From positions 69 to 64,068 of the forward strand of contig CAVVTN010000007.1 of the NCBI GenBank assembly GCA_963751115.1: a stretch of 64,000 bases of DNA. Direction: 5' to 3'. The notes beneath the pieces are model-generated. The model was not told where the DNA came from, searched no databases, and worked only from the letters and a program-made list of their open reading frames with translations. This stretch comes from an uncultured Candidatus Altimarinota bacterium (GTDB taxonomy: Bacteria; Patescibacteriota; Gracilibacteria; BD1-5; UBA2023). Shown here in pieces: positions 10,317 through 23,224 of this stretch (positions are counted from its first letter, which is position 1; the number at the start of each line of letters is the position of its first letter). A program made the translations under genes and the position numbers.

Positions 10317-11499
10317 CGTATAATCTAAATCGAAGTGCAAAATTCAAAAGGAACAGTATGATAGAAGTGCTTACCCACTATCAACCGTTCCTATGAAACA
10401 GTATACACACTTTTCCCTAGAAGAAAGAGAAATTATTGGAGATCGTATTTCTGAATGAGTAAATCCTTTTAGGATAGCCAAGGAACTTGGTAGATCACCG
10501 TCTTCTATTACTCGGGAGATTGCCCGAAATAGTACGGTATATCCCAAAGCGAAGAATGGTCTCAAAGAAAAACAAAAAGAAGATTATGTCTATCGTCCTG
10601 GACGAGCGGATATGAAGTATCTCTCTCGTAAAAGCCAAGCAGGATGGAGAGCTCCACTCAAGAACCCAAGAGTATTTGAGTATGTTATCGAGAAACTACT
10701 CTCACCGGAGCGATGGAGTCCTGATATTATTGCCTGAATGTTAAAATTGGAATATCCGAATGACCCAAGTATGCGAATATGTCAGGAAACAATCTACTCA
10801 TTCGTATACACAAAAAAGTGAGAAGAGTTGAAACTTAAAGAATATCTTCTTCGGTCTCATCGAAAACGACGGAAACATTCTGGAAGAAAAACCAGACGTA
10901 CACTCATTCCAAACAGAATAGATATCTCCTTGAGATCAAAAGAAGTGGAAGATCGAGAAACGATCGGACACTGGGAATGAGACAGTATTGTTTGAGTAGG
11001 AATATGATCAGCTCTCCATACAGAACTAGAAAGAAAGAGTCGATTCCTCATGGTAAAAAAGATTCCAAGAAAAACAGCAGAATACACGAAACAAGCAATG
11101 ATAACACTCTTTAGTCCTTTACCAGCAATACTCAGAAAAACTTCAACGCTTGATAATGGATGCGAGTTTACTAAACATGGGGAATTTACCGAAACAATGA
11201 AGATGTTCATCTATTTCGCTCAACCTTATCATTCTTGGGAACGAGGAGGTAACGAAAATGCGAACGGAATGATTCGAAGATACTTCCCTAAGGGAACGAA
11301 TTTCGACAATATCACAGAGGCACAAATTCAACAAGTGGTAGATATTATCAACAACAGACCCCGAAGGATACTCGGATACAAAACAGCTTTACAGGTCTTC
11401 AATGAACACTTTCCCTTATCTGCCAATTAAATAATTCCTTTTATATATTTTCTTCTATTGAACTTTTCTTACATTTTGCACTTGCATTTAGAATCGAGG
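10317..11499 (+). mobile_element. IS30-family insertion sequence, copy 2 (1183 bp)
   Basis: Imperfect ~27-bp terminal inverted repeats (cgtataatctaaatcgaagtgcaaaat and the reverse complement of attttgcacttgcatttagaatcgagg). The element is flanked by a 3-bp direct repeat cca (10314-10316 and 11500-11502). Confidence 0.9.
10393..11430 (+). CDS. IS30-family DDE transposase (345 aa with TGA=Gly)
   Basis: Same protein as 33-1070, including GHWE-G(TGA)-D and DNGCEF. Track ORF 11050-11430 is its C-terminus. Confidence 0.9.
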
Positions 11500-14400
11500 C
11501 CAGAATTGGTTCTTTATAAATTTGCTTCCGAATATATTCTTGCCTATAGATATACTATTAGTTATGATGACCCAGTTGCTCTGAAAGGGCAATGGATTTA
11601 CTATATAGATGCAGATACAGGAAAGAAAATAAATAGCTATAGTCTTATGGATATGGCTTTTAGTCCTGCCAATCTGACTGGTACGTCACTCGGCGGAGAA
11701 GGCGGAAGTGTGAAAACATTTACAGGAGTATTTAGTACGAATACAAATCAGTATGATATGCTCGATCTTTTTTCTACAAGCGGATCTTATGCTGTATACA
11801 ACGCCTCCACAAATACAGGACTATATAGTGATGCGGCAACAAGCACAGGATCTTACCCACTTGCTAATAGACTGATCCCTAATTGGGGTATAACTGACCC
11901 GACAGAAGTATCTGCCGCTTATAATATTTCAAAAACACTTGAGTATTATAATACACTCGGATTTGGCGTTTCAAATATTGCTTTTACCTCCACTGGACAA
12001 ACATTTCTTCCTGTAGTAGTCCATTATGGAAGTGGATGGAATAATGCCGCATGGAATCCTGGAGATGCATTATATATAGGAGATGGTGACGGAATAAGTT
12101 TTAAACCACTTGCCATATTGGATGTTATGGCACATGAATTTTGACATGCCTGGACTCAAAATACTTCAAATTTGGTATACCAAGATGAACAAGGAGCATT
12201 AAATGAATCTTTTTCTGATATATCGGGAGTAAATGTAGAATCCTATGTACAACAAAGTGCTATGAATTTATACCCAAAAACTGCATCGGGACAGGCGGAT
12301 TGGCTGATAGGAGAGGATGCAACTATTCGAACAACTGCCCTTCGAGATATGCGAAATCCTGCAAATAGCGCTGTAGTGGGTACGGGAAATGAACAACCAA
12401 CGAAGTACCATGGACTTTATTGGTATAATGGCTCTTTGGATTTCGGAGGAGTACATCAAAATAATAGTGTTCAGAATTTCTTTTATTATCTACTTTCTGA
12501 AGGAGGATCGGGAAATAACGAAGGAATTCTCTATAGTGTGACTGGTATCGGTATACAAAATGCTCGTCGTGTAGCTTTTGAAACCAATACTCATTTTATC
12601 ACTAGTACCACCGACTATAAATGAGCTCGCCAGGCATGGATTGATGCAGCTAATTCCATTAATCCGAACTATGTACCAGCGGTCAAGGCTGCATGGGATG
12701 CAGTTGGAGTAGTAAGTAATCCGATTGTCTCGCTAGCAACAGCAGATGAAAGTTTTGAAACTAATACCATTCTTCCTGTTGGATATACTACTTCTCTTCT
12801 TTATGGAAGTGGAACTCCTTGGTCGGTAACGACCACAACTGGAGCACTGGGAAATAATAGTCTTGTTTCTGGACCTCTCTCTGATAGTTCTTCTAATATG
12901 GTTACTTGGTCGTGAGTAACCAATGCTGGATATATCGGATATTATTGGAGAACTTCCTCTGAGGCAAGATATGATACTCTTGATTTTTACATCGATGGTG
13001 TTTGGACGAAAAGTTGGTCAGGACTCAATCCGTGGACTTATTATGCGACAGCTATTACTGCTGGATCTCATACGTTTCAATGGGCTTATTATAAAGATAG
13101 CTCTCTGAGTAAATGACTCGATCAGGTAGGTATCGATGCGGTACACATGACTTCTCTTGCATGAGTACTCGATTATGGATCTGATGGAGGAACGGGACAA
13201 TATGTTTCTGCAGCTGGTTTTCATGGGTTGTTTGATGCGCCAACTTCCTATGACTATATTGTGTTCCGTTCCGATGGACAGATGATGAAAGGTACTGCTT
13301 CAGGGGCTCTTTCCTTTCCACTGGTTGGACTTCCAGAATGATCTGGAAGTTTGGATTTTCAGTATCGAGATACCTATGGATTTTTGAGTCCGATTTTGAC
13401 AAAGAGCTTTTTTCTTGATTCTATCGCACCAACTGTTTCGAATATCCTCCTACCTGTAAATAATACATTCTCAAATACTGGAAATATAGCACTTTCTTGG
13501 AATAGTGTTACTGATAGTGGCGCAGGACTTTCACCGAATCCTTACACTTATCTTATTTCTACCAATACTGGATTTACCAATACAGTAGCTTCTGGATCTA
13601 CGAGTCTAACAGGAATATCTCTTACTCTTCCGGATGGTAAATATTTCGCTGAGATTCGGTCGCAAGATTTGGTAAAAAATATGAGTACATCGCCGATTAT
13701 TTCCTTTGCCATCGATAGTGTTGCTCCATTGGCGCCAACCAATATTCTCATAAATAATGGAAATGTCATCGATGCGAGTACTCAAAATAATGTCATAATT
13801 TCTGGATCTGGAGGAGCTTCAGAGAGTGGATCAATTATTAATTATACTATTACCAATGCTTCTGGAAGTATTTCTGGAAGCGGATTGGTGGATATAAATG
13901 GATCGTTTCATTTTTCAGGAATTGATGTATCAAGTTTTGTAGACGGGATACTTAATTATTCTCTTAGTATGATAGATCCGACAGGGAATACTGGAGCAGT
14001 TACCACTGGCACTATTGCAAAATCTGTCATTCCCGCTGCTGGAAACATAACTTTTCTCTCAGGTGCATATACGAATACTAGTGTCACAAATCTGCAAATA
14101 TTTGCTGCGAAAGCAGTTTCATATAGTATTTCTGGAAGTGGGATTATATCTACGATTACTGGATCTCTTGCATCATCCGGAAGTAATATCATTCCTGTAA
14201 CTCTGAGTGCTATCGATGGAAATAAAACCGTGCAAGTATCATTTACGGATACAGCAAATATTATTACCACTGCAGTGGCTTCGATTATTCTCGATACTAC
14301 TCCACCGATTCTTTCGATAGATTCTCATATAAATAATGCACAAGTTACTGGTTCTGCTGCACTTATGACAGGAAGTGTTTTTGATATCAATGGTATTGCC

Positions 14401-16117
14401 AGCGCAACACTCAATTCTATTTCACTCATCTCACCAGCGAGTTGGTCCAAAAGTATGAATCTCATATGAGGAAATAATACATTTATCCTGACTGCCACCG
14501 ATAATGCGGGGAATACGAGTTCGCTCTCAATTTCCATCGAACGACTTATTAATATTTCCAATATTACGAGTTCTTTTCTCTCAACTGGTATGCAAATAGA
14601 TTTTGATACAGATCTGAGTTCTACTGGCATAATTCGCTATGGAACGAGTTCGGGAAATTTGAATTTCATACAAAATACCTCTACTCTAGATGGGCTTCAT
14701 CAAACTAGCACACTCACAGGATTAACAGCAGCAACTCGTTACTATTATACCATGGAAGGAAGTGCTTCATGAGTTCGCTCGATTATTTCACCAGTTCAGT
14801 CTTTTTATACTCTTCAGGTAGTTGATATCACAAGTAGTTCTACTGGAACTACCGCAACTGGTGCTATTATGTTTTCTGGATCACTCAGTACAGGAGATAC
14901 TATATTTCCAGGAACAGGAATACTTTCTATTGGAAGTGAAAATAATTCTACCGATACCGTTACGCTCGATTTCAGTGGACTTACCATCACTCCGACTGGC
15001 ACGTGGGATGGGATTTTGGAAGCACCAACAATAGTAAGTATGAGTGGAATCACGCTTGCAGAAAATGGATATACACTCACGGGTTCTGTATATAAAGCAG
15101 GAAATACTATGACTGCACTGAGTTTGAGTGGACAATCTGCTCTGGTTCAGATTACTGTTGGTTCTGGTTTCAATAACACTACTCTTCATGTCTATCGCTC
15201 AGATACTGGTTCGTTATTCTCTCTGATCGACACTTGTATCGTTTCTGTTGGAATATGTCAATTTCAGACCAACCATTTCTCTTATTTTACCTTCGGGAAT
15301 CCAAGCGATATGGTGCCAAATACATTTGCATTTGCTCCACAAACAGGTGTAGAACTGTCGACAAATACTGACTCCAATATCACTACGCTTTCTGGTACCA
15401 ATATTCCAACAACCATAAGTGTTTCAGGCGGAATGTATTCTATCAACAGTCTCGCATTTACGAGTGCGACAGGAACTATATTGAGCGGTGATACTTTGCA
15501 ATTGCGAGTGTTATCTTCTGCTTCATATGTCACTTCTACAAATGTAACTATAACAATCGGTGGAGTATCGACGACATTCTCCGTTACCACCAAAGCTGCT
15601 CCTGTTGTAGTATCGAGTGGAGGTAGTGGTTGAGGTTGAGGTGGAGGAGGAATGAGTGCGGATTATTGCCCCAAAGGAGATACCTCGGGAAGTCCCTATG
15701 ATGGAAAATGTGAAAAAATATCTTCTACTATTTCTACCAGTACAGGAGCTCAATCTCTCATAAATACCAAGGAAGTTTCTGTAACACCACGACACGGACT
15801 CTTCGCCTGAAATCCAATAGTTTCTGCTTATGATTTCTCGGAAAATGAACGTATTCCTCAAGCGGTTGCCAGTGAACTCAATCTTTTTATAACAAAACTC
15901 GTTAAGATTCTTGATCAAAAGGCAGGAAATAATACTCCTAAAAGAGATGCGTACTATCAAGCGGTTACGAGGTATATCACTGCTCGCATCAAACTCACTT
16001 CTGACTCGCGTGAGAAATATATTCTTCAGTATCTCTATAAACGATTTACTGTTGTTAAAAATGTTATGCAGAATAGATAAAAGTTATATCATTGATAATT
16101 TCAATACATTTAATTTT

Positions 16118-17701
16118 ATGGTAAATCACTACAGAGATGCGCTTTCTCAAGCAACTCCTCATGCTCCATCTCATTTTCAGCAAAAATCACCGAGGATCGC
16201 TTCGGTTATTCATAAAACTCATGGACTTTTTAAGATTGCATGGCTATGATTACAAGCAAAAAAAATAAGTAAGACTCCTCTTGTGTCAGAATGTATGTGA
16301 AAATATGCACTTCTTTCTGAGTTGTTTAATCTAGCGCAGATACCAAGTCGTTTGCATAAAGATTTAGAAAATCCAGAGTATGTTACATCATTTGGCGGAG
16401 TAGATATGGCAATTGCGTGACTTTGAATTGCATTTGATTCACGGTTAAAAAACACGAGTCGGAAAAAAGTCTTACAGAAGGCAATAAATTATGTAAATAA
16501 TCTGGTAACTATACGAAGTTATGTAAATATGCCACAATTTAAAGAAAATCCTCAATTGTTATTATCTGCTATTCACCATATACCAGTATGAGATTTCCAA
16601 GGCAAGATCACTGCACAAATACAAAAATATAATATTATATTTTATATAGAAAATGACGAAGATTATATTAAAATACATGGAGGATGAAGAGAATCAGCTC
16701 TTAAATCTTGATGATTTTTTAGTCCATTTTGAGGAAATATAGAAGCTCTCAAAGGATGTATTACTTATCAGCGAGGAGTATATAGGTCTGGTGCGAAATT
16801 GACTATGAAACACGAGGAGCGACATACTGAGAATCATATTTTACGAGATACTACGCCCAGAAAATGAGTACAAATAAATAAATGATTAGATAAGCAGAAT
16901 CTTACACGAATGCTTGAATTGGCAAAAGATGAAATTATCGCTTACATGACTGATAGAGATGAAGATGACATGAGTATATATTTTAAACTTCATCTTCCAT
17001 TCGAATCCGATACAGAATATTTATACGATTATAGGAATATTTTTTGGCTTATTGACAATAGAGAAAAACTTACAGAGGAATATAATAAAAGTATGTATAA
17101 ACTTATTCAAATAGCTTTTGGTTGTAAAAAAGCACAAATACCAAATTTTCTTGATCTACTTGCAATTACGCCTGCAAAGAATTGGAGTTTGATTGAATCA
17201 GGATTTCTTAATTCAAAATGGCATGTAAAATATAATGCATCGAGACAATCTCCATACTATTTTAATCATTGTTTTCAGTCTCTACAAGATGAGCAACAAG
17301 TATTACAGGAAATGTATCAAATTTATCCAAAATACATTATAAAACCACTCTATATTGATCCAAATGAAAATTTTTATATTACAGAGAAATATGGAACAAA
17401 TGACATCGAAAAAGTGTTATATATTTCGGATATTATTTTTGAGTCCATAAAAGAAGTGGTCTTATGATTGCATGCCGTCAATATAGCGCATGGGGATTTA
17501 CTGTGAAATATTCTTTTTGAAATTGATGAAAAATGAGTGGCCACAGGATTTAAAATAATTGATCCTGTAGGTATATCTCAGTGAGTCAATAGTCAATTTT
17601 TAGAACAAGCAAAAAATAAAGACATAGACTCACTGAATAAATTATCGTCAGATATATGAAGAGTGATGTTTCAACAAACACCAGTACAGACGATATTGTA
17701 A
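16118..17701 (+). CDS. hypothetical protein with C-terminal APH/choline-kinase-like phosphotransferase motif (527 aa)
   Basis: One frame joins track ORFs 15911 (from internal ATG 16118) and 16910 across many TGAs. The motif IAHGDLL-G-NIL...IIDP resembles the HGDxxxxN...D catalytic loop. Confidence 0.55.
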
Positions 17702-17710
17702 AATTGCATT

Positions 17711-18313
17711 TTACCCTCTCTCAATCCTCCCTTTAAATGCATTGATAAGCGTAATATCATCCGCATATTCGATATAACCAGCATTAGGAAGTCCTTTGGA
17801 GAGGCGGGTGAGTTTGAGATCTTTTCTTGGGATATTTTCCTCGATATAGAGATTGGTTGCTTCGCCCTCGATATTAGGATTGGTGGCGATAATAAGTTCC
17901 TGGATTTCTGGATTATTCTGGACTCGCGTGAAGAGTTCCTGAAAATGGAGAGAGTTGGGCATACGACCGTGGATAGGGGAGATAGACCCCCCAAGGATAT
18001 GATAATACCCATGGAAAATACCGAGTCGTTCGATAGAAAGCATATCGAGATAATCTTCTACAACACAGAGAATGTTTTTCTCTCGTTTTTCATCGGCACA
18101 AATAAGGCAAATAGTCCGATGATTATCGGTGAGTCCGAAACAAGTCTGACAATCACTGATATCCGTCTGGAGTTTTTCAAGTTCTCGTGCAAAGTTTTTT
18201 ACATAGGAGCCATTTGCCTTCAATAAAAAAAACGCGAGTTTGACCGCGGTTTTTTCACCGATTCACGGCATATAGGAGATGAAATCTATGAGACGTTTAA
18301 GAGTTTCTGGCAC
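17711..18313 (-). CDS. recR: recombination protein RecR (200 aa)
   Basis: N-terminal HhH LIDFISYMP-G(TGA 18263)-IGEKTA, a Cys4 zinc finger and a Toprim region (ILCVVED...ATNPNIEGEAT). GTG start at 18313. Confidence 0.85.
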
Positions 18314-18350
18314 GAGAAATTTAAGATTGAAAAGAGTAAATGATATTACT

Positions 18351-18380
18351 CGTCATCCTGAACTTGTTTCAGGATCTTCC
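18351..18380. repeat. solo hairpin unit cgtcatcctgaacttgtttcaggatcttcc
   Basis: Perfect stem atcctgaa/ttcaggat. A near-identical copy lies at 26462-26491. Confidence 0.7.
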
Positions 18381-18465
18381 AATATTCTTATATTCAAAAA
18401 TAAAGTGGAAGACTCTGGATCGAGGTCCAGAATGACGATATTTTTGTTTTTTTATCAGAAACTTA

Positions 18466-18831
18466 CTATTTATTGAAAGTGAGATGTGAATCTTTGAGAA
18501 CAAGATAATTGGGACTATCGACACTTTCCATTTTTTCGATCATAGAGTTGGAAGTGAGAGTATCAAGGGATTCTGCTTCGGCGATACGGATATTGAGAAG
18601 ATTTTCTTCAAAAGTGAGATTTTTTCGAGTGATTTCGAGATTACGAATGTCGTATCCTTTTGTAGCATTGATATTGAGGACCCATACATAATAGATTCCG
18701 AGAACTCCAATCATAAGGAGTGCAAGAACATAGGTTTGAGTAAAACTGAGTCGATAATTCTCCCGAGAAGTTTTTCTCTCGGAGAAAAAGAGGAAGGGAT
18801 TACGTTTCATGACCAGTATGTTTGCATTCAT
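18466..18831 (-). CDS. FtsL-like cell-division membrane protein (121 aa)
   Basis: Single TM helix followed by a coiled region. It sits immediately downstream of rsmH, as in dcw clusters. Confidence 0.5.
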   Translation of the reverse strand: MNANILVMKRNPFLFFSERKTSRENYRLSFTQTYVLALLMIGVLGIYYVWVLNINATKGYDIRNLEITRKNLTFEENLLNIRIAEAESLDTLTSNSMIEKMESVDSPNYLVLKDSHLTFNK

Positions 18832-19002
18832 AGGCTATAAGGGTGGGAACTATGGAAAAACTCGTTCTTTGAGATTAAATCTCCGATTCATTCTCCGTAG
18901 CATTCGTACGGTTCATTGCGGTCGACCCACGAGGGGAGCTAAATAGCTTCGATTTGCACTCAAATTACTTCGCTTTTGCACAGTTTTAAGTAAATAAGTT
19001 TT

Positions 19003-19953
19003 TTACTTTTTTTCAATAATTCTCAACTTCGCACTTCTACTTCTCTTATTTTGTTTCATTTCCAGGTCTGTCGGGAGGAGTGGTTTTTTGGTTACTTTTT
19101 TGATACGAGCAGGAACGATGTCTTGCCCAGTGAACTCATCTCGTTCGGCTTGGAGATATTCTGCAAAAACTTGTTTCACGAGTCGATCTTCGAGAGAATG
19201 GAATGTGATGACTGCGCACCTTCCTCAGCTAGAGAGAAGTTCGACAGTATCTTTGAGTGATGTCTCAATAGATCCAAACTCATCATTGACCGCTATGCGT
19301 ATTCCTTGGAAACTTCTGACCACTGATTTGGAATCATAACTGGTTTCTTCGATCAGTTTCGTAAGTTCTTCGGTTGTCTCGAGTGATTTGATTTTCCTCG
19401 CTTTGACTATCGCTTCCGCGATAAATCGAGCTTTTGGTTCTTCTCCATAATTTCTCAAAATCTCTATCAATTCTTTTTCGCTCATATGATTTATGAGATC
19501 ATATGCGGTTTTCCCATTGCCTTCACGATCGAAACGCATATCGAGTTTCCCAGTAAATCGGAATGAGAATCCACGATCCGCATCATCGAAGTGTGCGCTG
19601 GAAACTCACAAATCATAGCAGACGGCAGTTATGATGTCAATGTTTAATTTCGATAATTCATCCTTGATGTCTCGGAAATTTGCATGAACGTAGTGAATGG
19701 TAATTTCACGTTGTTTCGCCAATTCGCCAACTTCCTTTTCGATAATTTCACGAGCACTTTTGAGATTATCATTATCGAGATCAAATCCGATAAATATATC
19801 TCAGGAATGAAGTTTCTGGATAATTCCCACGGCATGTCCTCCGAGTCAGAGGGTACAATCGACCACAATATTTGGCTTTGTAGTGCTGATATTGAGACTA
19901 TCAATATACTCATGGAAGAGTACGGGGATATGTCAGAAACTTTTTTCGTCCAA
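19003..19953 (-). CDS. rsmH: 16S rRNA (cytosine1402-N4)-methyltransferase RsmH (316 aa)
   Basis: HIPVL, DCTL-G(TGA)-LGGH, YDL-G(TGA)-VSSAHFD..RGFSF and ITFHSLEDR motifs. A TTG start at 19953 is assumed. An in-frame ATG at 20071 would add about 40 aa. Confidence 0.8.
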
Positions 19954-20227
19954 ATTGTCAAAAAGTGATGAACAGGAAAAAAATATTTCCTGCAAAGAAA
20001 TTATCCGTTTTTCCTCTATTGTCAAACGAAAAGGTATATTTTCTTCTAAAAATACCTTGACAAATTTCATAAAATATTTATCAGGATTTCAGAGTTTTTA
20101 ACATTCTTTATACAATTTGTTATTTTTTAGTGAAAAAGTCTGAAAGATACCCATAAATTCAAATATAAAAGTGATGGTTTTATAGGAAATCAAAAAATAT
20201 ACTATTGGATTTTTTTAAATTTAATAC

Positions 20228-20557
20228 TTAATTAAAACTTAGACCATTCTTTCTTATCACTATAATAAGTATAGCTTCAGGTGAATAAAAATGAGGAAGA
20301 CAGCCTATAGGTTTGTTTTTTTCATCATAGTAATAAAAGAATGTTCTGTTACCAGACTGACTGTGTGGTATTTTATCAAAATATTTTGGGATGAGATCGT
20401 TGAGTGTATTTGGATAGGTTTTATTTTCTTCTTTATATAGTTCGAGATTTTGTACTATAGTATTTCATATCTTTTCTGTTCTTGTTAAATTCCATTCCAT
20501 AGTAACTTTAATTATAATAAGGGTTATTATCACAAATTTCATTAAAGATTTTCCCAT
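20228..20557 (-). CDS. small hypothetical membrane-anchored protein (109 aa)
   Basis: ATG 20557 to TAA 20228 with one in-frame TGA. The N-terminus is hydrophobic. Confidence 0.35.
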
Positions 20558-20645
20558 ATAATACAGAACTTATTAAAATAAAAAATACCAGGAAATAGTT
20601 TAAAGGAGGAAAACTATTTCACTGGCGAAGATATTGTACATATCT

Positions 20646-21647
20646 CTATGTATTTTCCAAACTTTTCTCTTGTTTCATACTTTCTATAAGTTGCTTCCAT
20701 TTTATAATATCAAGTTCTTCGGCACGGGAAGTTTCGAGGAATTCGAGTTGTGTAAATATTTTCCCGAGAGTTTCTTTCGGTATATGGAGAGTATTTGCAA
20801 GATTAGAAATAAGTTTCTTGCGAGGCGCAGAAAATCCTGCACTAGTGATACGGAGAAATTGTTTTGCTTCATTTTGATTGTATGCTTCTTTTCTCTGAAA
20901 ATAGAGCACACTCGAATCTATTTTCGGGGCGGGTATGAAGTTATTTTTTGTTACGAGACATATTTCTGCGATGGTTTCACAGGCAAATTCAAGAGCGAGT
21001 GAAAGATAGGAATTATTATATCATTTTTTCTTACAAATCTTGTCACCTACTTCTTTTTGCATCAGGATTACCATTTCCTCTGGCTTATTTTCCAGTTCAT
21101 GAAGGAATCGAAAAAGGATGGGAGAGGTTATGTAATAAGGAATATTGGCAATAATTGAATAGGGGGAAAATTCTGAAAAAAGCGAACTTCAAGCTCAATC
21201 TTTACGTTCCTTGCTCAATGTACTACTTAGTACATCTCGCTTTGGTACGCAGATTTCTCATGAATTTCATCATTTTTGAGAATTTTCTTGGTTTCTCAAC
21301 TCCTGCGGTTTATGTTTATTTTCTCATGGCATATACTTTAATACATCTCCTTCGATGATTTGGAAACTCGTTTCCGAAGGGATAATGAGATCTTTTTCGG
21401 CGATTCTTGAATATAGAATAGCTATCATTTTTTTATCAAGTTCTACAAGAGTCAGCGATTTTGGTTTTCTTGCGAGGATTTTCTCCGTCAGTGCTCCATA
21501 TCCTGGTCCGATCTCGAGAATATCTTTCCCAGTGATATCGATACTATCCGCAATAGTTTCGAGAATTTCATCGTTCACTAAAAAATTCTGTCCGAGAGAT
21601 TTTTGAGCTCGGATGCCATAGTGTCTGAGGATTTCTAAGTGATTCAT
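20646..21647 (-). CDS. rsmA: 16S rRNA dimethyladenosine transferase RsmA/KsgA with ~50-aa internal insertion
   Basis: KSLGQNFL, EIGPGYGALT and ANIPYYITSP motifs. Track ORFs 21324 and 20646 share a frame and are joined through a TGA-rich segment. Confidence 0.8.
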
Positions 21648-21658
21648 TGGAAGGATTA

Positions 21659-22372
21659 TTATTGTACTTTTGCAGATTTCGATGGCCATTTGTCTTTGAT
21701 AACACCGAGTTGTCCGAGATAGGTTGTCCATTTATTAAGGAATTTTTCGTACTGATCTTTGAGCTTTCTCATATAATCATGTTTATCATTTTTGAAAGAA
21801 GTGACAATTGCCGATTCTCCCAGAAGCCATGCAGCATCTTTATAGGCAAGTAATTTTTTATTTACTAAGTCCTGACATCCTTTTTGTCAGTATACATAAC
21901 TACTTGAATTATTATCAGTGGTAACACTCTCACTTGTTTTATTTACGATTCCTTTCTCGGTAAAATACGCAGAAACTTCGGACATAACGGTTTCATTGCA
22001 AATCTTAGAATATTGAGCTGGATAGACCGATTTGTCATTTGCCGCATCAAAGAGATCTCCAACATTCGTTGCTAATTGTCCAACATCTTTATTACTTCCT
22101 TCATGAATAGTTTTAAGTTTTTCTTTCACCTCCTTATCCAGTTTTTTGAATTCGAGACTCATAACCACTTGAAATGCTACTTCTTGAATACTCAGAGGTC
22201 AGGTAGGACAAACATAATCCTCAATAGTTTTTTCCATTTTTTTATCTCTTTTATCTCTGCAAGCATCAATCTCACCCGTATAAGTGGATCCTGCAGCAAA
22301 AAGTGGTGAAAATATACCACCTATTATCACTGTTACTACACAGAAACTGATATAAAAATGCAACTTTTTCAT
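21659..22372 (-). CDS. hypothetical secreted protein (237 aa)
   Basis: Signal peptide MKKLHFYISFCVVTVIIGGIFSPLFAAGS. Track ORFs 22199 and 21887 are in frame and extend through a TGA to TAA 21659. Confidence 0.55.
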
Positions 22373-22376
22373 AGAT

Positions 22377-22637
22377 TTATTTCTTAAAAAGTCTTGCAAA
22401 AAAACCTTTCTTTTTTTCTATTATTGGTGCATCAACTCCGAAAATAAGCATTTTTAGAATCTTACCTATTTTATTTTCCTTTGTATTTCCTTTTGGATTT
22501 TTTGTTTCATCCATATGTTTTTGTGATTTTTTGATACCATAAATCGAGGCAACGACTCATCAAAGAAGTATACCTGTAACAATTGCATCTATCTTCTTAA
22601 GAGATTGTTTGTGAATCTTTTCATCTTTATTAAACAC
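22377..22637 (-). CDS. small hypothetical membrane protein (86 aa)
   Basis: A GTG start is assumed. One TM segment, IVTGILL-GG(TGA TGA)-VVASIYGI. The gene call is weak. Confidence 0.3.
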
Positions 22638-22648
22638 GAGTGGGAAGG

Positions 22649-23098
22649 TTATCCTTGTAATTTGTTAATCTTGATGGTTTTTTCACCAAAAAGAAGTTTC
22701 GGGATTTCGATACAGAGAAGATTATTATCCATAGTGGCAATAATTTTATCAAATGCGAGATTTTCAGGAAGTATGACGGATCGAGAGAATGGTCCATAAA
22801 AACATTCTTCCACAAGAATGCGCTGTGCAGTATCGTACATCTCAGGACGTTGTCGTTCTCCAGAAATCGTTAGAATATTTCGAGAAATGGAAATATCTAC
22901 ATGTTCTCTTTCCATCCCAGCAATAGGTGCAATAATATGAATCCGATCAGCTCCTTCAAGGATATCAAGTGCTACTTGTCCAAGTTCCTCTTCTATAATA
23001 TCATCATCTTCTATCTTCACATCGATAGAATTATGTCTGTGATCTCCATGATTTCCTTCCTCGTCGTTATGTTGGTTTCATTTAAATCCTTTAAACAT
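22649..23098 (-). CDS. Hsp20/alpha-crystallin small heat-shock protein (149 aa)
   Basis: Alpha-crystallin core (ILTISGERQ...GPFSRSVILPENL...NNLLCIEIPK). ATG at 23098 with one in-frame TGA. Confidence 0.8.
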
Positions 23099-23224
23099 AA
23101 TGGGTATTTTCTAAAGAATAATAACTATGCCGTCATCCTATTCAGGAATCGTTTTTTTGCAAATTTTTCTCTTTTGTGTTAGTATGAATACCAGAAGAAA
23201 GTCATATTTACTATAAATTACTGT

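Larger units (their letters stand above)
9702..16080 (+). pseudogene. Giant secreted M4 (thermolysin-like) metallopeptidase/surface protein split by IS30
   Basis: Signal peptide at 9702. HEF-G(TGA 12142)-H and GALNESFSD zinc-peptidase motifs. The fragments are 9702-10316 and 11503-16080. Removing 10317-11502 restores the frame (TKKP-ELVLY) and gives about 1730 aa. Confidence 0.85.

Noticed and set aside
13548-15960. Several 70-145-aa minus-strand ORFs, and alternative plus-frame ORFs, inside the protease gene.
   Set aside because: These are antisense or off-frame shadows of a long repeat-rich CDS. They have no motifs, and the plus frame 1 reading is continuous for 4.5 kb.
19644-19961. Track ORF of 105 aa on the minus strand.
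   Set aside because: It is an out-of-frame overlap of rsmH that happens to lack stops. The rsmH frame carries the conserved motifs.
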